Positions 27,717 to 36,617 of a stretch of DNA of 64,000 nt are shown here, one piece after another. Source of the DNA: Candidatus Sulfomarinibacteraceae bacterium (GTDB lineage Bacteria; Acidobacteriota; Thermoanaerobaculia; Thermoanaerobaculales; Sulfomarinibacteraceae). The notes beneath the pieces are model-generated. The model had not been told where the DNA came from and ran no database searches. It saw nothing but the letters and a program-made list of their open reading frames with translations. Position numbers and translations under genes: made by a program. The stretch lies in contig CAWCLO010000004.1 of NCBI GenBank assembly GCA_963796455.1, forward strand, positions 960,001-1,024,000, in the 5' to 3' direction. Position 1 is the stretch's first letter; every line of letters starts with the position of its first letter.

Positions 27717-28726
27717 CCGTTGAAGTGTTTCTGACGCTCTTCGGATCGCTCTTCGTTTCTACCGTTTTTTTGTTGTTCATTGTCGCGCTGGTATGGTGGT
27801 TCGATCGCTACGACCGAGAACCGATTCATTTAGTGGTGATGGTTTTCCTCTATGGCGCGTCGGTGGCGCCTGCGATCGCGCTCTTCGCCTTTGGTGTTTT
27901 CGACAGCGTCGTCGTGAGCTGGATCTCGGCGGATTCCATCACATTTGTGGGAACCACCATTCTAGGACCCATCGTCGAGGAGTGCGCCAAGGGCGCCGGG
28001 ATTTTGCTGGTGGTTTTTTTCACCAGCAAGTTCGACAATCCGACGGATGGGGTGGTTTACGGAACCGCGGTCGGACTCGGATTTGCAGTTACCGAAAATG
28101 TGATCTACGGGCTTGGCGCCGGGGTCCAGATGACGGAAGTTCAGAGCCCGGTCTTCCTGATCGCCGGCAGAACACTGTTGTCGGCTGGTGTCCACGCTGT
28201 TTGCAGTGCATCTCTTGGAGGCTTTATCGGTCACGCAGTCATGACCCGAAGCATGATTGTACGGGCAAACTGGACCCTCTGTGGTCTGGGGATCGCGGTC
28301 CTCATTCACGCCTCGTTCAATCTGACCTTGATGCTGGCGGGCCCATTTTCGCCCGATGGATCACTACGAAGCTGGTTACTGGCCGTTCCCGGCGTCTATA
28401 TCGCGTATTTTGTCGTCCTGGCGGCATTCCTGAGATCTGAACAGGGGATTCTGAAAGAACAATTGGCCGAGGAAGTGCGCTTCAAAACCGTGCCGCCGTG
28501 GGTTGCCGACGTGATTCCCTATTATCGCCGTAGAATCCGCAGCGATTGGTGGGAGTCCCGCAATGAACGGGCCGTTATTTCGCGGCTCTTGACCCGCATC
28601 GCGTTCCGCAAACACGCCCTCCGCAATCTGTCACAGGACGAAGCGAATCTGGCCTCGCTGGAGGTGGTCAGGTTGCGCCAGCGTCTGCGGGAAATCCTCG
28701 GTATCAAACCGCCCGAGATCGACTGA
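27713..28726 (+). CDS. PrsW-family intramembrane glutamic protease
   Basis: DRYDREP, VEECAKG, DGVVYG..VGLGFAVTEN, H..F/N motifs. Confidence 0.9.
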   Translation: MTVEVFLTLFGSLFVSTVFLLFIVALVWWFDRYDREPIHLVVMVFLYGASVAPAIALFAFGVFDSVVVSWISADSITFVGTTILGPIVEECAKGAGILLVVFFTSKFDNPTDGVVYGTAVGLGFAVTENVIYGLGAGVQMTEVQSPVFLIAGRTLLSAGVHAVCSASLGGFIGHAVMTRSMIVRANWTLCGLGIAVLIHASFNLTLMLAGPFSPDGSLRSWLLAVPGVYIAYFVVLAAFLRSEQGILKEQLAEEVRFKTVPPWVADVIPYYRRRIRSDWWESRNERAVISRLLTRIAFRKHALRNLSQDEANLASLEVVRLRQRLREILGIKPPEID

Positions 28727-28805
28727 AACAGACCGAATTGTCAAAAAATTGTCGAAGATCGACGACAACTGCGGCGGTCCCTCGCCCCGACGGTAGGATG
28801 GACCC

Positions 28806-29582
28806 ATGATTTCGGAGATGGATTCCAAAGATTTGCTCCACCTCGTATCCAACAAAAAGTTGGATGAACTCGAGGTACTGCAGGTACTTCGATCTCCATA
28901 TTGCACGTTGCAGATTGCTGAAATATTGGCCGCCGACGCAAAATCCCTCGATGGCCACGTGGTCCGCGAACGACTGGCTGGATTTCCCGGGTTCAATCTT
29001 GCCCGGGCCATGGATCTGCTCGGTTCACTGCCGTGGACCTCCTTGCTTTCTCTGGCACAAACCGCAAAAACACCGCCGGTGGTCCGTCGTCAGGCCGAGC
29101 GCAAGATCATGTTGCAACTGCCGAATATGTCGCTGGGTGAAAAGGTCGCGTTGGCGCGACGCGCGCACCGGGCCTTGTTGAGCCCTTTGATCTCTCACGC
29201 CGACGGCAAGGTTCTGTCGGCTCTGCTCAACAACCCCAGGTTGGTGGAAAACGACATTCTGGTGATGGTCAACACCGCCGAACCGCCGCCCGAATTCTTC
29301 GCTGAGCTTGCCAGGCATCACAAATGGGGACAGTATTTCCGAGTTCGACGGGCCCTCGTAGAATGCCCGGCCACACCCTATCCACTGGCATTGAGTGTTC
29401 TTGTTCAACTGCCTCAGGCCGAACTTCGACGGGCTTTGAATCGCCCGGATCTTCCCGACAACGTTCGCTCGGCCGTGGCCTCGCTGCTCGAACGCGAGGC
29501 CCAAGGTCTCCGAAGGGTGGTAGAATCCAGGCGTGATGTCCGCAATGGAGGGGGCGCCCAACCATCCGAAGACCTTCGGTGA
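28806..29582 (+). CDS. Uncharacterised helical-repeat protein (paralog of 30350-31423)
   Basis: MSLGEKVALARR...LLNNPRL...VRRALV.CP.TP motif shared with the downstream gene. Confidence 0.7.
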   Translation: MISEMDSKDLLHLVSNKKLDELEVLQVLRSPYCTLQIAEILAADAKSLDGHVVRERLAGFPGFNLARAMDLLGSLPWTSLLSLAQTAKTPPVVRRQAERKIMLQLPNMSLGEKVALARRAHRALLSPLISHADGKVLSALLNNPRLVENDILVMVNTAEPPPEFFAELARHHKWGQYFRVRRALVECPATPYPLALSVLVQLPQAELRRALNRPDLPDNVRSAVASLLEREAQGLRRVVESRRDVRNGGGAQPSEDLR

Positions 29583-30357
29583 GGAGCTGCAGAGACTTCG
29601 CCAGGGTGCCGGAATGAGTTTGGAGGATATCGCTGCCGAAACCAAGATTTCGCGGCAGATTTTGTCGAGCCTTGAAAGCGGCGATTTCAGATACCTGCCG
29701 CAAAAAGTTTTCTGCCGCAATTTCGTCAATCAATACGCCATCGTCGTCGGTGCAGACCCCTACCAGTTGACCGAGGCCTTTGACGGGGCCTGGAATCGTT
29801 TTCTGCTCGCCTCCGGCGCTCACCCGGGCCTGGTGGACGAAGAGACGCCTTTTGTTCGCACGGTTCGGTGGCGCTTCTGGGTGCCGGTGCTGATTGCCGG
29901 TGCGATTCTGGTGGCAGCCGCGGTGGTGATCTGGAGAAGCTCCGCCCCCGACCAGCAGATCGGAGGCGGTTCCAGCATACCGGCGACGCCGACATCGATC
30001 CCTCCGGCCCCGATCATGAATGTTCAACGTCCATCTCCCGGTATCGTGGAAGACGAAGCGTTGCTCGAAGCGGACGATATGTTGTCGATTGTTGTTCGGG
30101 TCGAAGCAGAAATGGAGTGCTGGATCCACTATCGGGACCGCGACGGGGTGGCGGGAGGCAAACTGCTTGCCGGCGGGACCGAAGAGACTCTCGAAATCAT
30201 CGGGCCGGTCAAACTCACCATCGGTGATGCCAGTGCGGTCGTCCTTGAAATTGGCGGCGCAACCTACCGCAATCTCGGTCGGCCCGGTCAGGTGGTTCAT
30301 ACCGAAGTCAGTAATGATGGTTTGAGGGTGCTAGGATCGAGGGCACTCGATGAATGA
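29545..30357 (+). CDS. RodZ-like protein (HTH + TM + DUF4115-like domain)
   Basis: FGEELQRLR..GMSLEDIAAETKI...LESG.F..LP, single TM helix, C-terminal ECW...IGDASAV. Confidence 0.8.
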   Translation: MEGAPNHPKTFGEELQRLRQGAGMSLEDIAAETKISRQILSSLESGDFRYLPQKVFCRNFVNQYAIVVGADPYQLTEAFDGAWNRFLLASGAHPGLVDEETPFVRTVRWRFWVPVLIAGAILVAAAVVIWRSSAPDQQIGGGSSIPATPTSIPPAPIMNVQRPSPGIVEDEALLEADDMLSIVVRVEAEMECWIHYRDRDGVAGGKLLAGGTEETLEIIGPVKLTIGDASAVVLEIGGATYRNLGRPGQVVHTEVSNDGLRVLGSRALDE

Positions 30358-31423
30358 ACACAATGTCACCGCGGGTGCCGACCTGATCGAAGGTGTCGTC
30401 AAGGGGATGGTGCCCCGACAGGTGAGGCTCTTCGCGGCCCAGGGACTGTTGCCGGTCACCCGTGAAGAACTACTCAGTCTTCAGGTGCTGCTTTCGGCCG
30501 ACCCGGATAAAGAGCTTGCAGAGGTGGCGTCCGCGTCGTTGAAGGCGGAGGAAGAGCGAACGATTATTTCCTGGATCCGTTCGAGCCCTCCGGATCCTCT
30601 GGTCCTCGATCTCTTGATTCGGGTCCGTAACGATGAGAGCATCTGGGCGGTGGTTGCACAATCGGCAAAGGTTTCCGACCAGACGCTGAGAGTCATGGCC
30701 CGAAATGCAACGCCGCTGATTCAGGACATCGTTATTACCAACCAGGTTCGGGTGCTGGGATGCCTCGATATCCTCGACGATCTGCGGGAAAATCCTCAGA
30801 TCAACCAGGTGATCATGCGCCGGGTCCGGGAGTTCGAGGAAGAGTTCATCCAGAAAGTGCTTGCCCAGGAGGAAGCGCTCAACGCGGCCGGTCCGAGCGT
30901 CCAAGACGCGTTGGAAGCGTTGCGCGCGATCGGTGCGCACATTCCCGCTCTGGATACGCTTCCGTATCCGACCAACGAGGATCCGTCACTCGACGAAGCA
31001 GTCAAAAAATCCGCAAATACGGACACCCATGCTCGGCTCCTCAAGATGAGCGTCCACGAACGAATTATCTGCGCCCTGCGGGGAACATCGGAAGAACGTA
31101 CGATCTTGATCAATAGCCGGAACCGGCTGATCCAACGATCGGTCCTAGCCTGTCCAAAATTGACGGACAACGAGGTCGAACGATTTGCCTCGTCAAGAAG
31201 CGTGGCGGAAGAAGTCATCCACGCGATCTCGGAAAACCGCCGTTGGATGCGGTTGTACCCGGTGGCTGTGGCGCTGGCCCTCAACCCGAAGACTCCGGTC
31301 TACGCGGTGAAACAGGTGATCGCCCGGCTCAACCATCGCGACAAGATCAGAGTGTCGCGCGACCGGAATCTCAGCCCGATCACCCGCCAGATCGCTCAGA
31401 AATTGAGCGACACCAGAAGGTGA
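30350..31423 (+). CDS. Uncharacterised helical-repeat protein
   Basis: RLFAAQGLLP N-terminus; MSVHERI..A.RG..EER.ILI, PKLT..EVE.FA, YPV..ALA.NPKTP. Confidence 0.75.
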   Translation: MNEHNVTAGADLIEGVVKGMVPRQVRLFAAQGLLPVTREELLSLQVLLSADPDKELAEVASASLKAEEERTIISWIRSSPPDPLVLDLLIRVRNDESIWAVVAQSAKVSDQTLRVMARNATPLIQDIVITNQVRVLGCLDILDDLRENPQINQVIMRRVREFEEEFIQKVLAQEEALNAAGPSVQDALEALRAIGAHIPALDTLPYPTNEDPSLDEAVKKSANTDTHARLLKMSVHERIICALRGTSEERTILINSRNRLIQRSVLACPKLTDNEVERFASSRSVAEEVIHAISENRRWMRLYPVAVALALNPKTPVYAVKQVIARLNHRDKIRVSRDRNLSPITRQIAQKLSDTRR

Positions 31424-31521
31424 AATCCACGTCTGCAACTCCATCTCAGGTACTCGCCCGTGCGTTGCGAAGGTACCGTGATCGTGGTAATTTCGGTCTA
31501 ATGTGGGTGGAGTGATCGAGA

Positions 31522-32178
31522 ATGCGCCACAAAGTCACTTTGTATGACACCCTGGGTCTGGAGCGCGACGCAACGGACCAGGAGATACGAGATGCGTTTC
31601 GCAAGCTCGCGATGAAGCACCACCCTGACCGCTTCTCCGGGCCAAAGCGAGACGAGGCGGAAGTGCGTTTCCAGGTCATCACTGAAGCGTTCAACGTGCT
31701 CAGTCATCCAGACAGCCGCGAGAAGTACGACAAGGAGTTCGCCAAGGGAACCGAAAGCAAGGCGATGGACCCGAAGGAAATCGCCCGGCGGCTGACCGCA
31801 AAAGGTTCACAGGATATGAGGGAGGGAAATTGGGCGGAAGCACTGGAAAACCTCAAACACGCCATCGATCACGATGATGAGAGTGCTCGTGCCCATTTCT
31901 TTTATGGACAGGCGCTGGGAAGGATCCCATCAAAAATTCGAGATGCCCTGCGCCATGTCGAGCGTGCCGCGACCCTCGAGCCCTCGAACGCAACAATGCG
32001 GGGTGAGGCGGCAGCATTGTCCTTGGCGGCGGGAATGAAAAGCCGCGCACTTCGCTTAGCTCAGGAGGCGCTGCGTCTCGATCCGACGAATCAAAAGGCG
32101 AACGAGGTTCTCGGAGCTATTGAAGCCGAGAAGGGTGCGGGTGGCGGATTGCTCAACCGGTTCCGTCGCCGGAGTTAA
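31522..32178 (+). CDS. J-domain + TPR co-chaperone
   Basis: LYDTLGL...IRDAFRKLAMKHHPDRF (HPD motif) followed by TPR helices. Confidence 0.9.
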   Translation: MRHKVTLYDTLGLERDATDQEIRDAFRKLAMKHHPDRFSGPKRDEAEVRFQVITEAFNVLSHPDSREKYDKEFAKGTESKAMDPKEIARRLTAKGSQDMREGNWAEALENLKHAIDHDDESARAHFFYGQALGRIPSKIRDALRHVERAATLEPSNATMRGEAAALSLAAGMKSRALRLAQEALRLDPTNQKANEVLGAIEAEKGAGGGLLNRFRRRS

Positions 32179-32182
32179 TCAA

Positions 32183-32992
32183 TTGACCCTCGATGAAAAA
32201 AAACACTTCGAGATCGAAGCGTGGGGCGCCACCGATGTCGGTCTGAAACGACGGCTCAACGAAGACGTCTTTTTGCTCGATGTCGATGCCGGTGTTTACC
32301 TGGTCGCTGACGGTATGGGTGGCCATGCCGCCGGCGAGGTTGCGTCGCGTGAAGCTTCGGACGAAATAGCCCGCGCCTTCAGGAGCGGTATCAGCGATGC
32401 CGACGAAACCTGGCCCGAACATTGGGACTCGAGTCGGAGTGCCATCGCGAACAAAATTGTCGACTCCATCGTGGCCGGTCATCACCGGGTGACGATGGCG
32501 ATGAACAACGACGCCGAACTCAAAGGCATGGGCACCACGGTCGTCGTGGCCGCCCACCAATACGGCGATTCAAAGCTGGTTTTTTGCCACGTCGGCGATA
32601 GCAGGGCCTACCGCTATCGCGATGGCGTGCTCGAGGTTCTCACCAACGATCACTCGTGGGTTCACGAGCAGGTGACAGCCGGTTTCTTGACCGAAGAGGC
32701 GGCCCGTACCCATCCCTTGAAGAACGTTGTCACCCAGGCGCTCGGGGGATCGAGCGAACCCAGAGTCGATGTCCTCGAGACGGAGATCATGGATGGTGAT
32801 CTCTATCTCTTGTGTTCGGACGGTCTCAATTCGATGTTGACCGACGCGGAGATCGCGACGGTTCTGTCGGAGGGCGGAGCACTTGACGTTCGTTGTCAGA
32901 GGCTGATCGAAGCGGCGAATGAACGCGGCGGCAACGACAATATCAGTGTCGTGTTGTTGCGACCGCAGGTCGCGATCGCCAACCACGGGTGA
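32183..32992 (+). CDS. PP2C-type (Stp1/PrpC) Ser/Thr phosphatase
   Basis: TDVG.KR..NED, VADGMGGHAAGEVAS, MGTT, HVGDSRAY, LCSDGL, GGNDNIS; start approximate. Confidence 0.93.
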   Translation: MTLDEKKHFEIEAWGATDVGLKRRLNEDVFLLDVDAGVYLVADGMGGHAAGEVASREASDEIARAFRSGISDADETWPEHWDSSRSAIANKIVDSIVAGHHRVTMAMNNDAELKGMGTTVVVAAHQYGDSKLVFCHVGDSRAYRYRDGVLEVLTNDHSWVHEQVTAGFLTEEAARTHPLKNVVTQALGGSSEPRVDVLETEIMDGDLYLLCSDGLNSMLTDAEIATVLSEGGALDVRCQRLIEAANERGGNDNISVVLLRPQVAIANHG

Positions 32993-33023
32993 TCGATCCA
33001 ATCCTCCGGCTCGGGATCTGACG

Positions 33024-33794
33024 GTGGTTTTTCAGGGCGTACTCTTCACCGATCTCGATGGAACCCTGCTCGATTTTGAAACCTACCGGCCTTCGCCCGA
33101 GGCGATTTCCATTTTGCAGCAACTCGGCCGGCGGCGGATCGCCGTTGTCCCGGTGAGTTCCAAAACCAGCGCCGAGGTCGCCCCTCTCATGGACGAACTG
33201 GGACTGGTGGGACCTTCGGTTACGGAGGGCGGCGCGATCATTTCCTCGAGCAATGGTAGGGAAACGGTCAATGGGCTCGCCCGAGGTGATCTGGTGCCTC
33301 TCTTGAGCATGCTCCGCTGCAAGGGTTGGCCGGTTCGTGGTATGTCTGAAATGACCGCCGGCGAGGTGGGGGAGAGGACGGGTCTCGCTCCGGAAGCAGC
33401 CGAGAGGGCGATGACCCGACGGGCGTCCGAACCATTTGTTTTTGAATCTGAAATCACCGAAGCAGACACCGACGCGTTCGTGGCAGAGGTCGCTTTGATG
33501 GGGGCCGATGTGGTGCGTGGTGGTCGGTTTTTTCACCTCCTTGGCCCCGGGATCGACAAGAGAATGGGGGTTCGCGCGGTTCTGGCTGAGATCGAGCTCG
33601 CGGACCACCTGAGGACGGCGGCCGTCGGAGACGCGTGGAACGATCTCCCGATGCTCGACGAAGTCCGGATCGGGTACCTGTTGGGAGATGCGGTTGATCC
33701 CGAACTGGTCCCTCCCGGGGTCGTGATGATCAAGACCGTTGGTCCCGCCGGGTTTTCAGAGGTCGCCTCTCGTTTGATCGGTCTCTGGGAGTGA
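33024..33794 (+). CDS. HAD-IIB phosphatase, mannosyl-3-phosphoglycerate phosphatase-like
   Basis: FTDLDGTLL, SSKT.AE, R.ASEPF, GGRFFH, GDAWND.PML; start approximate. Confidence 0.8.
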   Translation: MVFQGVLFTDLDGTLLDFETYRPSPEAISILQQLGRRRIAVVPVSSKTSAEVAPLMDELGLVGPSVTEGGAIISSSNGRETVNGLARGDLVPLLSMLRCKGWPVRGMSEMTAGEVGERTGLAPEAAERAMTRRASEPFVFESEITEADTDAFVAEVALMGADVVRGGRFFHLLGPGIDKRMGVRAVLAEIELADHLRTAAVGDAWNDLPMLDEVRIGYLLGDAVDPELVPPGVVMIKTVGPAGFSEVASRLIGLWE

Positions 33795-33848
33795 GTCTGC
33801 AGGAATTCAAAGACCCCGTTCCGGGTTGACGAAGCCGTGGAGTAGAAG

Positions 33849-35537
33849 ATGGAAAACCACCTCGAAGTGAATCCGATGTTTAACGGAATACACGGTCAGC
33901 TCGTGCTGGTCATCCTCGATGGCGTCGGTCTTTATCGTGGCCGAGATGAAGGATATGGCGGCAATGCCCTGGATCTGGCCGACACACCCAATCTCGATCG
34001 TCTGTTCGCGGAGTCAGAGGTCTTTCTCGAGCTCAAGGCTCACGGGACCGCAGTGGGACTGCCAAGCGATGGCGACATGGGGAACTCGGAAGTCGGACAC
34101 AACGCCATCGGAGCCGGACGGATATTTGAACAGGGTGCGAAACTGGTCAATCAGGCAATCTCCAGTGAACGGCTGTTTGATGGACCAACCTGGAAGGCGC
34201 TTTCTCAACGGGTCCGCGAACGAGCGTCGACCTTTCACCTCATCGGCCTGCTCTCGGATGGAAACGTCCACAGCCACATCGATCAACTGATCGCCTTGAT
34301 CCGCCGGCTCGCCGACGAAGGCGTGGGGCGGATTCGAGTCCATGCCCTGGCCGATGGACGGGACGTCGATCCAGTCTCCTTCGAGCGCTACCTGGCACAA
34401 CTCGAAAAGGTCCTCGCTGAACTTCAAAACTCCGGTACGGATGCAGCCATCGCATCCGGCGGCGGCCGGATGCAGATCACGATGGATCGATATCAGGCGA
34501 ATTGGAACATGGTCCGGAAAGGATGGGCGACCCACGTCCTGGCCGAAGGCCGTTTGTTTTCGAGCGCGATCGAAGCCGTCGAGGCCCTGCGAACCGAAAA
34601 CCCCGGGATCATCGATCAGGATTTGCCCGCCTTTGTGATCAGTGATGCCGAGGGACGTCCCCTTGGGCCCGTCAACGACGGCGATTCCGTGGTTTTCTTT
34701 AATTTCCGTGGCGATCGGGCAATCGAGATTTCCCGTGCATTCACCGAAGTGGGTTTCGATGCCTTCGATCGCACCAGGGTCCCGGATGTCCTGTACGCGG
34801 GGATGATGGAATACGACGGCGATCTTCATCTTCCTCCAATGTACCTGGTTGACCCGCCGGCAATTTCGCGGACGGTTTCCGAATACCTGGTCGATAACGG
34901 AATCAGCCAACTGGCGGTGGCCGAGACCCAGAAATTCGGCCACGTGACCTATTTCTGGAATGGTAATAACTCGGAGCCCTTCGACAGGACGCTCGAAAAA
35001 TGGGTGGAAATACCATCCGATGACGTGCCCTTCGAGACCGCGCCGGACATGAAGGCGCGCGAGGTTTGTGAGGTGGTGCTCGAAGCGCTGCGAAACAAGA
35101 GCCAGAGGTTTATCCGGGTCAATTTCGCCAACGGGGATATGGTGGGCCACACCGGTTCGCTGACGGCGGCCATGCAGGCGATCGAGGTTGTGGACGAATG
35201 CATCGGACGAATCGAGGACGAGGTGCGTGAGGCCGGGGCGACCCTGATCGTGACCGCGGATCACGGGAATCTCGACATGATGTGGGAGGTCGACAAGAAG
35301 ACCGGTGAAATCAAAAAAGATGGCGAGGGCAGGCCGCAGTTGAAGACCAGCCACACCCTCTCGCCGGTTCCCTGGTGTCTCCTCGGCGACTCGGTGGCAG
35401 GATTCCAGGTGAATCCCGAGGTGACCGAGCCAGGCCTCGCCAATATTGCGGCGACCCTGCTGCTCCTGCTCGGATTCCAACCACCATCGAATTATCTTCC
35501 TCCACTGGTCCTTCCTCCAGATGTGCGGTCCACCTGA
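33849..35537 (+). CDS. gpmI: 2,3-bisphosphoglycerate-independent phosphoglycerate mutase
   Basis: LVILDG.G, MGNSEVGH, LSDGNVHSH, FNFRGDRA, NFANGDMVGHTG, TADHGN. Confidence 0.96.
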   Translation: MENHLEVNPMFNGIHGQLVLVILDGVGLYRGRDEGYGGNALDLADTPNLDRLFAESEVFLELKAHGTAVGLPSDGDMGNSEVGHNAIGAGRIFEQGAKLVNQAISSERLFDGPTWKALSQRVRERASTFHLIGLLSDGNVHSHIDQLIALIRRLADEGVGRIRVHALADGRDVDPVSFERYLAQLEKVLAELQNSGTDAAIASGGGRMQITMDRYQANWNMVRKGWATHVLAEGRLFSSAIEAVEALRTENPGIIDQDLPAFVISDAEGRPLGPVNDGDSVVFFNFRGDRAIEISRAFTEVGFDAFDRTRVPDVLYAGMMEYDGDLHLPPMYLVDPPAISRTVSEYLVDNGISQLAVAETQKFGHVTYFWNGNNSEPFDRTLEKWVEIPSDDVPFETAPDMKAREVCEVVLEALRNKSQRFIRVNFANGDMVGHTGSLTAAMQAIEVVDECIGRIEDEVREAGATLIVTADHGNLDMMWEVDKKTGEIKKDGEGRPQLKTSHTLSPVPWCLLGDSVAGFQVNPEVTEPGLANIAATLLLLLGFQPPSNYLPPLVLPPDVRST

Positions 35538-35598
35538 CACCTTGTTGGGACAGCTCGTGAACTAGACCTTTGCCGGATTCCGGGTTAAAGTCCGAATT

Positions 35599-36555
35599 AT
35601 GGCGACTCCTACACCTCCGTTCCTCGATCCCGTCGAGGAGATCCGAACCCGAATCAATGACATGGAAAACGCCGGCACATCGAGCCCCACCACCGAAGAG
35701 GATCTGATTGCCGCGCGGCGCGAACTCGAAGCCACCATCAAAAGTGTGTTTGCCACCATCACGCCGTGGCAGCGGTGCCTGCTCGCGCGTCACCCCGAAC
35801 GGCCGTACACGATGGCCTATATCCACAGCATCTTTGATGATTTTGTCGAACTTCACGGCGACCGGCGCTTTGCCGACGATTCGGCGATCATTTCCGGTTT
35901 AGCTCGATTTGAAGGCGAATCGGTGGTCGTGGTCGGACATCAGAAGGGCAGGGACACGGCGGAGAAACTGCGGCGGAACTTTGGCATGCCCCGCCCGGAG
36001 GGTTATCGCAAGGCGATCCGGATCATGCAGCTTGCCGCCCGTTTTCGTCGACCGATCATTTCTTTCGTCGACACACCCGGGGCCTATCCGGGAATTGACG
36101 CCGAACAGCGCGGCCAGGCCGAGGCTATCGCCAACAATCTGATCGAAATGGCAGGCTTTCCGGTTCCGATCATCGTGATCGTCACCGGTGAGGGCGGGTC
36201 GGGCGGAGCTCTTGCGCTCGGAATCGGCGATCGGGTGTTGATGCTCGAAAATGCTATCTACTCGGTGATTTCTCCTGAAGGATGCGCGGCGATTCTTTGG
36301 AAAGACCAGAGCCGGGCCGAAGACGCCGCTCGGGCCTTGAAACTGACCGCACCGGATCTCAAGCGCTTCGGAATCATCGACGAGATCATTCCCGAGCCCT
36401 CGGGTGGGGCCCATATGGACCCGGGCACCATGGCCGACTCGATCGCCGCCGCGATCCGCCGCAACCTCAAGGCTCTGCGTAAGGTCAAACCGGATGTTTT
36501 GGTCACCCGGCGATTCAAAAAATTCCGAGGTATGGGGATCTACACGGATCGGTGA
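35599..36555 (+). CDS. accA: Acetyl-CoA carboxylase carboxyltransferase subunit alpha
   Basis: ARHPERP, ELHGDR, NFGMPRPEGYRKA, DTPGAYPG, GEGGSGGAL, YSVISPEGC. Confidence 0.97.
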   Translation: MATPTPPFLDPVEEIRTRINDMENAGTSSPTTEEDLIAARRELEATIKSVFATITPWQRCLLARHPERPYTMAYIHSIFDDFVELHGDRRFADDSAIISGLARFEGESVVVVGHQKGRDTAEKLRRNFGMPRPEGYRKAIRIMQLAARFRRPIISFVDTPGAYPGIDAEQRGQAEAIANNLIEMAGFPVPIIVIVTGEGGSGGALALGIGDRVLMLENAIYSVISPEGCAAILWKDQSRAEDAARALKLTAPDLKRFGIIDEIIPEPSGGAHMDPGTMADSIAAAIRRNLKALRKVKPDVLVTRRFKKFRGMGIYTDR

Positions 36556-36617
36556 CCACCGATCTTTCCTAACAACTGCGAGTATTGATGGGTGCCGGTT
36601 AGAATTGGACCTGCGAT

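Noticed and set aside
34014..35540. Long antisense ORFs opposite gpmI (also opposite rpoN 39225-40799, rpsA 21664-23103 and others)
   Set aside because: Typical GC-rich shadow ORFs opposite well-supported genes; no motifs.
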